A DNA stretch of 64,000 bases from a virus. The stretch covers positions 64,001 through 128,000 of IMG/VR virus record IMGVR_UViG_3300037258_001099, one strand, 5' to 3'. Positions 27,787 to 37,450 of this stretch are shown piece by piece; position 1 is the first letter of the stretch, and each line of letters starts with the position of its first letter. Below the pieces are notes generated by a model that saw nothing but the letters and a program-made list of their open reading frames with translations, was not told the DNA's origin and did no database searches. Both the position numbers and the translations under genes were made by a program.

Positions 27787-30700
27787 ATGGTCACTGAGAA
27801 AAGAACAATTCTAGACGGTATTCGCCAAAAGGTCTTTCTGGATCGCTACGCACTCAAAGATGCAGGGGGAAACCCCATCGAGGAGTATCCAGAAGAAATG
27901 TGGAGACGAGTTGCCTTCGCCATCGCATCCGTTGAGAAGACAAAGCCAGATCAAGACCTCTGGGAAAAGCGCTTCTACCATGCCATGGCTGATTTCAAAT
28001 TTGTCCCTGGTGGCCGTATTCTCTCTGGTGCAGGAACTGGGTTTGATGTAACATGCTATAACTGCTATGTGATCGAAAGTCCTCATGACAGTCGTGAAGG
28101 TATTATCGATAATCTGAAGATCATGACCGAGATCATGGCACGTGGTGGTGGTGTTGGTATTAATCTCTCTACGCTGCGTCCACGCGGAAGTTATATCAAG
28201 ACGGTCAATGGGACAGCATCGGGACCTTGCTCGTGGGCACAATTGTACTCGGTTGCCACAGGTGATGTGATCCAGCAAGGTGGCTGCTTTGGGCCGCATG
28301 TAGAAATTGAGACAGACCGTGGAGTGATCGCAGCAAGTGATCTTGCTGACCTGCTCGATAGTGGCGAGGATGTACAAGCACTTACCCATAAAGGATATCA
28401 CCCCATTACGGCGGTTTTTCGCAATGGGAAAAAGAAACTCTTCCAGGTAAAAACCTATTCTGGCTTTGAAATTGAAGTCACAAAAGACCATAAGATGGGC
28501 GTCCTTCGTGACGATACCATAACGACCGTTCCCCTTGAACATCTGCGCATCGGTAGCTCTATTCTTCGTTTCCGCAAAGAGTCGAGTACCTGCCACCCGA
28601 CAAGCATCTCCTCTATCACGCCTATTGGCGAGCACGAGACCTTTGATTTTGAAGTTGCAGATGTGCATCTGCTTGTTGCTAACGGCCTCTATACCTCAAA
28701 CTCCAGGCGCGGCGCACTTATGCTGATGCTCAATGATAATCATCCTGATATTGAAGAGTTCATCACGGTCAAAAAGCAGAAGGGCATGATTGAGCATGCG
28801 AACCTTTCTATCTGTGTCTCAGATTCGTTCATGAAGGCAGTTGAGCATGATGCTGACTGGAACCTCATCTGGGACGACAAAGTACAAAAGACAGTGAAGG
28901 CTCGCTCACTCTGGGATCTCATCTGCACCTCGGCCTGGGAGTCAGCCGAACCAGGACTGGTATTTATGGAGCGGTGTAACGAGCAAAGCAATACATGGTA
29001 CTATGAAAAGATTAATTGTGTCAATCCATGTGTGGCTGGAGACACCCTTGTCTCTTGCTTCTACTCGATAGAGCCCATTCCTATCAAAGAGCTCGCAGAG
29101 AGAGGAAAAGATGTTCGGGTAGAGTGCTTTGACAAAGAGCGCGGTACGAGAGAAATACGCCTTGGGAGATCTCCACGTCTTACCCGCAAAGATGCGGAAG
29201 TCTGGAAGCTTACGCTTGATGATGGATCAGTCTTTCGAGCAACCCCTGACCATAAAATGCTGCTTGCAAACGGAGAAGAGCGCCAGCTTCAAGATCTTCA
29301 GGTAGATGATTACCTTGCTTCTTACGTTCGCAAAGAGGGAGTGTCGCCAACAACTAGGCAAGTTGCGGGCATTGTTCCTTATGGCAGAGAAGATGTCTAC
29401 AACATTACTGTGGATGACTATCATACCGTTGCCTATATAACAAATGCAGAAAAGTATTCTGGCATCTTTGCCATGAATTGCGGCGAGCAGCCGTTAGGGG
29501 ATTGGGGTGTATGTAATCTGGGAGCGATTAACTTAGCAGCTTTTGTAGAAGATGAGACCTTTGACTACACAGAGCTCAGATTAGTCACAAGAGAAGCAAT
29601 GCGCTTCTTGGACAACGTGATTGACGCAACCACCTATTTTATTCCTGAGAACAAAGAAGCCCAGCTTGGTACCCGCCGTACGGGTCTTGGAACCATGGGT
29701 TTGGCCGACGCGCTGATTAAAATGCGTATCTCGTATGGGAGTCTAGAATCGCTCACTCTTATTGAATCTATCTATACCAACATTCGTAACGTTGCCTATG
29801 AAACATCTGCGCACCTGGCAGGTGAAAAGGGAGCGTTTCCAAAGTATAGCTGGGGTGAGTATAAGCAAGGCTACTTTATTGAGCGGCTTCCTTCCCACAT
29901 CCGAAGTGAGATCGCGGCAAACGGGATACGTAATGCAGTCCTGTTGACTCAGGCCCCTACAGGCACCACAAGTCTATTTGCGGGTGTCAGTTCTGGCATC
30001 GAACCTGTCTACGACTTTGCGATGATCCGGCGCGATCGTACAGGTGAGCATGTGATGTATCATCCACTGATGCAGAAGTGGCTTGACACCTGCTCTGAGA
30101 AAACACATGGATCACTTCCAAGCTACTTTGTCTCCTCAAAAGATCTCACCCCAGAACAACATGTGGCCGTACAAGCCAGGATACAGAAGTTTACCGACGC
30201 TTCCATTTCCAAAACTGTAAATGCTCCCAGTAATCATACTGTTGAACAAGTAAAAAAGCTTTATCAGCTTGCCTACAATGAGGGTTGTAAAGGTATTACT
30301 TACTACCGTGACGGCTCACGTGACGCGGTACTCACCCGTATTGCTGACGAGAAGATACTAGAAACGCCCCAGGTCGCGGAAATCTTTCAGAGAGATCGTC
30401 CAGAGATCGTCTATGGCTACACCAGGCAAATCCAGGCTCCTGAAGGCAAAGCTAATGTAACGATCAATAGTGATGAGGCAGGGCTTTTTGAGGTCTTCAT
30501 AAATGTAGGGAAAGCAGGCTCGGATATCGCGGCACTATCGGAAGCACTAGGGCGGCTGATTTCCCTCAATCTTCAAATACCAAGCCTACTCTCCCCAGAG
30601 ATGAAGACGATGGAGATCATCAAACAGTTACGTGGCATTGGTGGAAGCCGTACTGTTGGCTTTGGAACGCGCCAGGTGCGTTCCCTTCCTGATGCAGTAG

Positions 30701-30897
30701 CGCGTACCCTGGAGCTCCACAGCAGCCGTGTGAGCCAAGCAGAAAGCGCAGAGATTATCAGCGATGTTATTGCGTGCATGGGGTGCGCTGCTGAACCTAT
30801 TCTCACTGGCAACCTCTGTCCTGAGTGTGGATGTGACAGCGTGGTCAGAGAAGAGGGATGCAAGAAGTGCCACATCTGTGGTTATAGTGAGTGCTAA
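27787..30897 (+). CDS. nrdJ: Class II (B12-dependent) ribonucleotide reductase with two inteins
   Basis: FVPGGRIL, NCYV, GGGVG, NP|CGEQ, CNLG, APTGT, ISKTVN, GCKGITYYRDGSR; C-terminal TSCPD-like and Zn-ribbon domains ending CGYSEC. Confidence 0.92.
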   Translation: MVTEKRTILDGIRQKVFLDRYALKDAGGNPIEEYPEEMWRRVAFAIASVEKTKPDQDLWEKRFYHAMADFKFVPGGRILSGAGTGFDVTCYNCYVIESPHDSREGIIDNLKIMTEIMARGGGVGINLSTLRPRGSYIKTVNGTASGPCSWAQLYSVATGDVIQQGGCFGPHVEIETDRGVIAASDLADLLDSGEDVQALTHKGYHPITAVFRNGKKKLFQVKTYSGFEIEVTKDHKMGVLRDDTITTVPLEHLRIGSSILRFRKESSTCHPTSISSITPIGEHETFDFEVADVHLLVANGLYTSNSRRGALMLMLNDNHPDIEEFITVKKQKGMIEHANLSICVSDSFMKAVEHDADWNLIWDDKVQKTVKARSLWDLICTSAWESAEPGLVFMERCNEQSNTWYYEKINCVNPCVAGDTLVSCFYSIEPIPIKELAERGKDVRVECFDKERGTREIRLGRSPRLTRKDAEVWKLTLDDGSVFRATPDHKMLLANGEERQLQDLQVDDYLASYVRKEGVSPTTRQVAGIVPYGREDVYNITVDDYHTVAYITNAEKYSGIFAMNCGEQPLGDWGVCNLGAINLAAFVEDETFDYTELRLVTREAMRFLDNVIDATTYFIPENKEAQLGTRRTGLGTMGLADALIKMRISYGSLESLTLIESIYTNIRNVAYETSAHLAGEKGAFPKYSWGEYKQGYFIERLPSHIRSEIAANGIRNAVLLTQAPTGTTSLFAGVSSGIEPVYDFAMIRRDRTGEHVMYHPLMQKWLDTCSEKTHGSLPSYFVSSKDLTPEQHVAVQARIQKFTDASISKTVNAPSNHTVEQVKKLYQLAYNEGCKGITYYRDGSRDAVLTRIADEKILETPQVAEIFQRDRPEIVYGYTRQIQAPEGKANVTINSDEAGLFEVFINVGKAGSDIAALSEALGRLISLNLQIPSLLSPEMKTMEIIKQLRGIGGSRTVGFGTRQVRSLPDAVARTLELHSSRVSQAESAEIISDVIACMGCAAEPILTGNLCPECGCDSVVREEGCKKCHICGYSEC
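28285..28701 (+). other. Mini-intein 1 in NrdJ (139 aa)
   Basis: QQGG|CFGPHVEIET...VTKDHK...TFDFEV...ANGLYTSN|SRRGA. Confidence 0.9.
29029..29478 (+). other. Mini-intein 2 in NrdJ active site (150 aa)
   Basis: VNP|CVAGDTLV...ATPDHK...VYNITVDDYH...GIFAMN|CGEQ. Confidence 0.9.
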
Positions 30898-30898
30898 C

Positions 30899-31063
30899 AT
30901 GCCGCTAGAAGTTATCCGAGAACTCTTTGTGGTCCTTATTATGGGTGCCATCATTATCATTGCCATGCTTCTCTTTCTCGTTGTAGCGTGGAAACTCTTT
31001 GTGCTTATAAACAAGATAACCTGTGCAGCAATGGATAGGTTTCAGAAAAGGAATGTTCGATGA
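30899..31063 (+). CDS. Small membrane protein
   Basis: One long hydrophobic segment; coupled to neighbours. Confidence 0.5.
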   Translation: MPLEVIRELFVVLIMGAIIIIAMLLFLVVAWKLFVLINKITCAAMDRFQKRNVR

Positions 31064-31281
31064 ACAGAGAAGAAAAAAGAAAAAAGATTATCCATTCATT
31101 CACTTACCATAGTCCAAAAGGTGATCAGCAAGAGCGCTACCAGGCGCTACGAGAGAAGGGCCTAGAGCTTGCGCTTCTCATCTTTGACACAACTCCAGAG
31201 TCTCTGGAGCAGGATCAAGCACAGATGCTTCTCAACCTGGCAGTAATGAGCGCCAACGCTTCTGTAGCAAGGAATGAATAG
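31060..31281 (+). CDS. Acb2/Tad1-like helical hairpin protein (candidate cyclic-nucleotide sponge)
   Basis: FTYHSP...QQERYQALRE..LELA..I...TPES...AVMSANASVAR resembles the family consensus as recalled. Confidence 0.6.
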   Translation: MNREEKRKKIIHSFTYHSPKGDQQERYQALREKGLELALLIFDTTPESLEQDQAQMLLNLAVMSANASVARNE

Positions 31282-31655
31282 TGGCACCACCAAGAAGAGC
31301 CGCTGATTCGGCAAGGTATAACGCTGTTATCGCCAGGCGCATTAAGAGCCAACGGATAGCAGTAGGTCTCACACAAGACGCGCTTGCAGAAAGGATTGAT
31401 TATACGCGGGTCACGGTACATCATGTTGAGACAGGCAGACATGACGTTAGCATTTATTTGCTCTATAGACTATCCTCTGCCTTTGGCTGCTCCATCTATG
31501 ATTTGCTGCCGGAGCATATTGAGGAAGAGCTGGAGAAGGAGAATGTCTACCATCTGGCAAGTATTCTCAACGTTGACGCAGACATTAATGAAGAGGATCT
31601 CTCTACTATCTTAGGGAAGATCAAAGGTCTCAAACCAAAAAGTCGAGAGGAGTGA
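31281..31655 (+). CDS. XRE-family HTH transcriptional regulator
   Basis: RIAVGLTQDALAERIDYTRVTVHHVETGR. Confidence 0.85.
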   Translation: MAPPRRAADSARYNAVIARRIKSQRIAVGLTQDALAERIDYTRVTVHHVETGRHDVSIYLLYRLSSAFGCSIYDLLPEHIEEELEKENVYHLASILNVDADINEEDLSTILGKIKGLKPKSREE

Positions 31656-31673
31656 TCTCTCGGCTTTCCTTTT

Positions 31674-32237
31674 CTATAGCTGAACGTAACCTCGTTTCAC
31701 ATCATCAATGTCGGCGGGGTTCTCTTTAACATGAAGGTACCTATTAAGCGGGTCAATCCACCTGAACGCTGAGAGATTTTTTTCCTTAATGTAGGCGCTT
31801 TCCCCTGTCTCGGGAAATCCTTGGACCTCGAATTGTAGATCCTTTTTCTCCATGCCAAGGGTGACCATTACTGATTTCATATAGCTAATCACATGGGAGG
31901 CAGACATCCTCCCACTTTTGCCTGGGAAATGGATAGTAATATGCGTGACTTGTCCCTTCTCAGTCGATAGGTTGAGGCAGGTAAGCTCACGTGCTTTTTG
32001 TGAGGTTGCAAAACGGATCTCAAAGGGAGAGCCTTGTTGCTCTTCGATCATATCCTCTAGATAGTAAGCCTGGAGCCTACTCTCTGACCTATCCGGCCAA
32101 ATCATATCGTTGTTTAGGCTGCCAAGAAGTGTCTCAATGCCAGGGAGTTGATACTGATCTGCAATTTTCTCGTAGATCAAGCTAAGCAGCAGGGGATATT
32201 TAAGAACGTTACTGATGGTAATCTGGGTGACGTACAT
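31674..32237 (-). CDS. Hypothetical protein
   Basis: 187-aa ORF with GAAGGA RBS. Confidence 0.6.
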   Translation of the reverse strand: MYVTQITISNVLKYPLLLSLIYEKIADQYQLPGIETLLGSLNNDMIWPDRSESRLQAYYLEDMIEEQQGSPFEIRFATSQKARELTCLNLSTEKGQVTHITIHFPGKSGRMSASHVISYMKSVMVTLGMEKKDLQFEVQGFPETGESAYIKEKNLSAFRWIDPLNRYLHVKENPADIDDVKRGYVQL

Positions 32238-32269
32238 AGTTTCAATCCTTCTCTTCAGGTAATAAAAAA

Positions 32270-32289
32270 TGCCAGACTTTCATCTGGCA
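32270..32289 (-). terminator. Intrinsic terminator
   Basis: TGCCAGA...TCTGGCA stem with T-run on the minus strand. Confidence 0.5.
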
Positions 32290-32447
32290 GAAGTACCCTC
32301 ACGGGCTGTTTTAATCCCAACTGGGACGATAGTTCCAAGTGTTGTAGGCATGCTACAGAAAAGTTTCAATCGCTAGTGCGTTCTAGAGGAAGAATACCAT
32401 GATGATCGGTACGTGTCAATGGGTTCCGATCATCATGGGACTTTTGC

Positions 32448-33461
32448 TTATCCAAAGATCTCATTAAAGAAATCATTTGCATCTTCAGATGACTTTACTT
32501 CCTCTTCAAGATCTGTCTTTGTCGGCCAGCCATGCTTGGAATTGTTTTCCTCTCCAAGTGGCACCCATCCATGTTTTCGACTATCCTCTTTCCACTGCTC
32601 ATCTGTTTGTCGTGGTCCTCGCTTACAAGAAGCGTTGCCGTATCCTATAACAGTTTCTTTAGCAGTATAGGACTCTATATCTCGAACTGGAATGCGGTAG
32701 TACTTGCTTGCAATATCGCGGTCATGATCACTTCCGCGATCACTTATATCAATAGGGGCTTCAGCTAACGCCATCTGAGTAAGCTTCTTCTCTCCAAATG
32801 TTTTCTGCGCCCATTTATAGAGATCGTCTCCATGACAACTACATCCTCGAACTATTGCAGTAAGGGCTTGAAATGCAAGTTTCCCTTCACCTTTATAAAC
32901 ACCAATATACTCCTGCCATTGCTCTTGGTAGAGTTGGTCAGCAAGAGTAGATGGGACCCATCTTCGTATAGCGCTGCCATAGTGTTCTTCCCAGATATTA
33001 TGGCCCTTATAAGAATAGGGATAAAAGCCCACACCAGTCCCCAGCGTTCCAGTTTTAAAACCCTGTCCTTGTGCGTCTTGCCGTTTTGTTGATCCCTTGA
33101 GCATGAGAGTGGTACAAACATACCCATCAAGAGCAGTCTTGATCCACTCTGACTCCCGATCTTTCTCAGCTTTCTCCTTATTTCGCTCCTGCTGGTACTC
33201 TTGATCCTTCTTCTCTTTCTCGGCTTTCTCTTCAGCATTCATAGCATCATAGAACGCCTTTGTAGGAAGAGGTCGATGCATGACTGTCCAGCCTACCTCG
33301 CTGTAGTAATAGCCTCCACGCTCTCTTGCTTGTGCTGACAGCTTGGCAATAATGGTAAAGGGGTAATCGTCATTGTCGGTAACTTTGACTTTCTGCACAA
33401 GTTCTTGGTCAACTGAGTCTAGACTTTCAAACCACTGGTCGTAGACTTGGTTACTATTCAT
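32448..33461 (-). CDS. Hypothetical protein
   Basis: 337-aa ORF with AGAAAGGAAAA RBS. Confidence 0.7.
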   Translation of the reverse strand: MNSNQVYDQWFESLDSVDQELVQKVKVTDNDDYPFTIIAKLSAQARERGGYYYSEVGWTVMHRPLPTKAFYDAMNAEEKAEKEKKDQEYQQERNKEKAEKDRESEWIKTALDGYVCTTLMLKGSTKRQDAQGQGFKTGTLGTGVGFYPYSYKGHNIWEEHYGSAIRRWVPSTLADQLYQEQWQEYIGVYKGEGKLAFQALTAIVRGCSCHGDDLYKWAQKTFGEKKLTQMALAEAPIDISDRGSDHDRDIASKYYRIPVRDIESYTAKETVIGYGNASCKRGPRQTDEQWKEDSRKHGWVPLGEENNSKHGWPTKTDLEEEVKSSEDANDFFNEIFG

Positions 33462-33552
33462 GGGTTTTCCTTTCTATTTAAAAGACTTCTGCCTCTAAGT
33501 ATAAAGAGAAAACCCGCAGGGATTGCGGGAATTCTCATGAGTTTTTGCTAAT

Positions 33553-33750
33553 TTAGAGCTTTCCTTCATGCCTTCCGCATTTAGTCCTTATACTTCCAGG
33601 GGGACACCAAAATGGACCGCCACATCCTGGGGCATTGCAGTATCGGGTCTCTCTCTTCTTAGTGCTATCCTTGAGTTTCCTCTCATGTTCCTGCTGTTTT
33701 GCTACTTTATCTCGTCGAAGTCTTTCTGTTTCTTGTGGGTCCTGGTACAT
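33553..33750 (-). CDS. Small Cys-rich (Zn-finger-like) protein
   Basis: CNAPGCG...KCGRH; GAGG RBS. Confidence 0.5.
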   Translation of the reverse strand: MYQDPQETERLRRDKVAKQQEHERKLKDSTKKRETRYCNAPGCGGPFWCPPGSIRTKCGRHEGKL

Positions 33751-33762
33751 ATATTTTCCTCT

Positions 33763-34080
33763 CTACTGCTCTAGTATAGTCCTGATAGCCTTACACTTTT
33801 CAGGACTTATCTCTCTCCAATCGATTTCTCGGAGATAGCTAACATTTTTATGATGCTCGATTGTTTCCCGTCTTTCTGAAGTGAGTGGATAAAGCTCCGA
33901 TCTACTAAAATGTCCTCCTTCTATTTTTCTCCCATCTTTTTTGTAGGTCTCTCCGTTCTCTAGGGTGATTCTCCCGCCAGGGGAGATCCTTTCGACCTTG
34001 ACAATACGCCCTACTTCCCGAAATGTTATCTGCAAGTAGAGTTCATCTCCAGTCTTCACTTGGTCTTTCTCTTCTAACAA
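33763..34080 (-). CDS. Hypothetical SH3/beta-barrel-like phage protein
   Basis: KTGDEL...KVERISPGGRITL...YKKDG; AAGGAG RBS. Confidence 0.55.
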   Translation of the reverse strand: MLEEKDQVKTGDELYLQITFREVGRIVKVERISPGGRITLENGETYKKDGRKIEGGHFSRSELYPLTSERRETIEHHKNVSYLREIDWREISPEKCKAIRTILEQ

Positions 34081-34104
34081 AGTTTCTCCTTCCCAGCTAT
34101 GCTG

Positions 34105-34644
34105 CTATTTTTTCAGGCTCTCGCAGACCCTGATCTTGCACCCTGTCTTCTCAGCAAGCGAGAGTACTGCCTCTCGTATTGGTTCCTCGTCGTCTACGAA
34201 ACAAAGATACTCGATATTTAAAGCATAAATGAGTAGCTCTACTGCACCAGGCTTCCAGAGAGCTGTTTTAACAAACCTAAAAAAATCCATGTCTTTGCAG
34301 TAGATATTTCCGTCAACAGGAAGATCATGTTTGCGTATCCACTTTCTTGTGGCATTAAGTAGATAACTAGGTCTACTGGTAAGGTAGCTGATGCTATACC
34401 CGCTATTGCGTATAGCATAGATGCTCTCTCGTGCATTTGGAATAAGCTCGTCTTTTAGCACAAGCTCCTCTTTATAGAAGGTGTCCTTGTGATAAAAAAC
34501 TTTCTTTTTAAGATCTTCCATCTCTTTCTCATCGAGATACGGCGCAGCACGATTTGTTACCATATAAGCTGTATCCTTGGCATATATCTCGCGCTTTGTG
34601 CAGTCTGCAACAACTCGGTCAATATCAATAATTGCTGTACCCAT
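34105..34644 (-). CDS. HAD-superfamily phosphatase (PNK-phosphatase/5'-nucleotidase-like)
   Basis: IIDID motif I, YLTSRP motif II, Lys motif III, FVDDE motif IV. Confidence 0.8.
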   Translation of the reverse strand: MGTAIIDIDRVVADCTKREIYAKDTAYMVTNRAAPYLDEKEMEDLKKKVFYHKDTFYKEELVLKDELIPNARESIYAIRNSGYSISYLTSRPSYLLNATRKWIRKHDLPVDGNIYCKDMDFFRFVKTALWKPGAVELLIYALNIEYLCFVDDEEPIREAVLSLAEKTGCKIRVCESLKK

Positions 34645-34666
34645 CAGTCTTCTCCCTTTCCTTCTC

Positions 34667-35359
34667 CTAATTATCCAGGAATATTCCTGCTTTTGCGTCC
34701 TCCGCCGATTCGGCAAGGCGAGCTTCAATCTGGAGATTCATATCTTTTTTATCGTAGCGCTCTTGCTCAAGCTCCTTTGCTTTGCGCTGTGCCTCCTCTG
34801 CCTGATCCCTTGGGAATGGCTTGGGATGGATAAAGGAGACCTCCATGGTTGGGTTTCCCCATAGCTGCTCCTGCTGGCGGAAGTAGCAGAGGAAGTAGGC
34901 TGCATGTGGATGGTTCTTCTCAATACGCTCTCTCCAACGCTTTTGCTCTTCTTCTCTATCATGATGCTCACAAGACTGAGAAGATGGCTGGAAAGTAACA
35001 ACTTTTGGCTCTGGTACTGGAGTAAGTACTCCATTTTCCCAGAAGAGCTTGCCACTTGGCATACTCCCATCATTATTACTTTCGTAAATGTGTAAATTTA
35101 TCCCAACAAGGGAAAATTTGTAGGTTTTTCTATCCTGGACGTGACATGGCTCTATAAAGGCTGTAGCACATCCTGGGAGCACACGAGGATGCCCAAGAGG
35201 AGGCGACCCCTCTTCTCCCTCAATGAAGTATCCTCCATCACGATCCTTGAGAATCTGTCGGAAGCTTTTTGCTGCAAAGTGGTCCTGTGCCCAGGAGAGA
35301 TCTGAGAGGATACGATCGATAGCTTCTTTGAGTGTTGTATAAATTGGCGCTGGTTTCAT
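34667..35359 (-). CDS. Hypothetical protein
   Basis: 230-aa ORF with AGAAAGGAAA RBS. Confidence 0.6.
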   Translation of the reverse strand: MKPAPIYTTLKEAIDRILSDLSWAQDHFAAKSFRQILKDRDGGYFIEGEEGSPPLGHPRVLPGCATAFIEPCHVQDRKTYKFSLVGINLHIYESNNDGSMPSGKLFWENGVLTPVPEPKVVTFQPSSQSCEHHDREEEQKRWRERIEKNHPHAAYFLCYFRQQEQLWGNPTMEVSFIHPKPFPRDQAEEAQRKAKELEQERYDKKDMNLQIEARLAESAEDAKAGIFLDN

Positions 35360-35426
35360 ACGTTTCCTTTCTAATTGGGCTACGATTTCTCCATCATAGC
35401 CCAGACATCCGACAGCTCGCGTCGCA

Positions 35427-35651
35427 CTAAGACCGAGGCAATGCTGCCTGAATCTTTAGCCCACGAATGTAGCGCTCTCGATCTTCCAAGAGGACCCTAG
35501 CGAGGATATCTTCGTCAGGTATCTCAATAGGGTCATCCTCCAGACAGCATGCTTGCCTCTCAAGGATAGAGAGATCACGGCGGATGGCCTCATGTTTCTT
35601 TGCCGCCCATGCAGCGTCTTCAATTTCTTGTTCTGTAAATTGTTCTGTCAT
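35427..35651 (-). CDS. Hypothetical protein
   Basis: RBS, co-oriented cluster. Confidence 0.55.
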   Translation of the reverse strand: MTEQFTEQEIEDAAWAAKKHEAIRRDLSILERQACCLEDDPIEIPDEDILARVLLEDRERYIRGLKIQAALPRS

Positions 35652-35665
35652 GGATTTTCCCTTTG

Positions 35666-36244
35666 CTAAACGAGGTGTAGTGGCATGCTATCAAGACTAT
35701 TTGGCTGATACTTTTTCACTAGACGCTCTGGAGCCCAAAGTATGCCAACCGATCCCCAGAATGTTGTTTTAACACCACTATGAATGCCCTTGTGATCACC
35801 AGCAAATGCAAGAATGGCATTTTTATTAATGCGATTCCATCCATGAATGTTCTCTATGTCATAGTCTTCTGGTCTTTTGTGGTTATTTGTCGTATAGACA
35901 AATCCGTATTTGTTTCCCAGATCCTCAACTGGCTGAAAATCATTATCAACTTTGATGCTCTCAATAAGTGCAAGAGCGTAAAGTCCTCCAACTCTATTTT
36001 CTATGTCTACGGCATATCCAAGAGCTTCGGCCTCCTCCTTGGAATAGATCCAGTGTCGCCAGTAGCAGGCTGCAAGACGCAAATCGGCAGGATCTTTCCT
36101 TCTATTCATTTCCTGATACTCTTTAGGGATAGAGCGAAGGTATAAGTCTAGAGTGTCATCTGGAAGGCTTTGTAGCGCAGCTTTTCCCTTGTGGAGGTAG
36201 CGTGCGCTAAAAACAATTTCACTTGCTGGGATGTGATTGCTCAT
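35666..36244 (-). CDS. Hypothetical protein
   Basis: AGAAAGGAAA RBS. Confidence 0.6.
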   Translation of the reverse strand: MSNHIPASEIVFSARYLHKGKAALQSLPDDTLDLYLRSIPKEYQEMNRRKDPADLRLAACYWRHWIYSKEEAEALGYAVDIENRVGGLYALALIESIKVDNDFQPVEDLGNKYGFVYTTNNHKRPEDYDIENIHGWNRINKNAILAFAGDHKGIHSGVKTTFWGSVGILWAPERLVKKYQPNSLDSMPLHLV

Positions 36245-36319
36245 GAGTATTTCCTTTCTCTTGGGAATAAATCCCTATCTATTGGTATTTTACCAAATCG
36301 TCCGAGACAGAATCTGTCC

Positions 36320-36748
36320 CTACGAGAGCAATTCCTTTGTGTCGATCACATTAGGGAACGATTGGTGAGGATGGTCAGGGAAAACAATCCTGCCATACTC
36401 AATCTTTCGACTGTTATAAAAGTAGCGTGCCTGCCAGTAGACTCCTTCGTCGCTAAAACCAGTAGCATAGCTCCCAGGATTGATAACCCCGATAAGCTGA
36501 TTGAGAACTTCATTGTCTTCAATCCAAAGCTCACCAGCAAAAATCTCTCTGTTGATATAGAGATCATCGCCTTGGGTTACGACACGAAATCCAGCGGACT
36601 GTAGGATTCTCTTTACTCTCACAATAGGAATAAGCTTTCGATTTGATATCTCTTCCTGGTGAATTCGCTGTAGCACCGCAAGTGCTCGATCCATCTGAGC
36701 CGCGAGAATGCAGAGCTCTGTGTACTTTGGAACAATAGTATCTGTCAT
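36320..36748 (-). CDS. Hypothetical protein
   Basis: GAGG RBS before ATG 36748. Confidence 0.55.
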   Translation of the reverse strand: MTDTIVPKYTELCILAAQMDRALAVLQRIHQEEISNRKLIPIVRVKRILQSAGFRVVTQGDDLYINREIFAGELWIEDNEVLNQLIGVINPGSYATGFSDEGVYWQARYFYNSRKIEYGRIVFPDHPHQSFPNVIDTKELLS

Positions 36749-36750
36749 GA

Positions 36751-37239
36751 CTACCTCTTTCCTCTCTCCTGGCTGTACCAACGCTGATACTCTCGCGCAA
36801 ACTGGTCTCGCAGCTCTGGGCTGAGATCACCAAGCTCTGGGTCGTACCATGTTGGTATTTCTGCGTAGGTTTTTGCCAAGCGCTCTATGTCATAGGTCTT
36901 CTTGATAGAGAGGTGATAGGCCACATCATCCTCTGCCATCTTCCTTGCCTGATCAAGGGCAAAGACTTTTAGCTGGTCTTCCCAGCCTGCTGATGCTTGG
37001 TAGTATGCTTTTTGGTACCGAGCCACATAAACGTAATGAAACATTCGATAGTCGTTGGTAAGATCTTTGTGCGTTTCCTGCAAGCTTCTTGCGCGAGCCG
37101 ATGCAAAATCGAATAGCTCCCGTTGATGAAACGTTACTCCCGATGTTTTGCTGTCGGCGTAGTCCTCACTTGCATCATCTGAGGCAAGTTGCTGAACTTC
37201 AAGTTCCGCTTCAGGGAGCGGATAAAGTGTGTTTGCCAT
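36751..37239 (-). CDS. Hypothetical protein
   Basis: AGAAAGGAAA RBS before ATG 37239. Confidence 0.6.
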   Translation of the reverse strand: MANTLYPLPEAELEVQQLASDDASEDYADSKTSGVTFHQRELFDFASARARSLQETHKDLTNDYRMFHYVYVARYQKAYYQASAGWEDQLKVFALDQARKMAEDDVAYHLSIKKTYDIERLAKTYAEIPTWYDPELGDLSPELRDQFAREYQRWYSQERGKR

Positions 37240-37278
37240 GCTATATTTCCTTTCTGTTAATGGAATGATCCACTCATA

Positions 37279-37450
37279 TTGTATCACTAATCGACTTTGT
37301 GACGTATCCCTGCCCGAAGGTAGAGACTCCTACGCTGTTTCCAACGTTAGACTCGTCCGGCCTAATAATTGCTTTTGCCCAAGTGTTAGGATGTTCACGG
37401 CGGCATTTACATCTCTATCTAGTTCGCACCCACAGGCGCAAGAGTGCCAT
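37279..37450 (-). ncRNA. Predicted TnpB omega-RNA (scaffold ends ...CGTCAC at 37299; guide AAAGTCGATTAGTGAT...); 5' boundary approximate
   Basis: Hairpin TCTCTACC-TTCG-GGCAGGGA after the tnpB stop, then the TCAC end motif typical of IS200/IS605 right ends. Confidence 0.6.
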
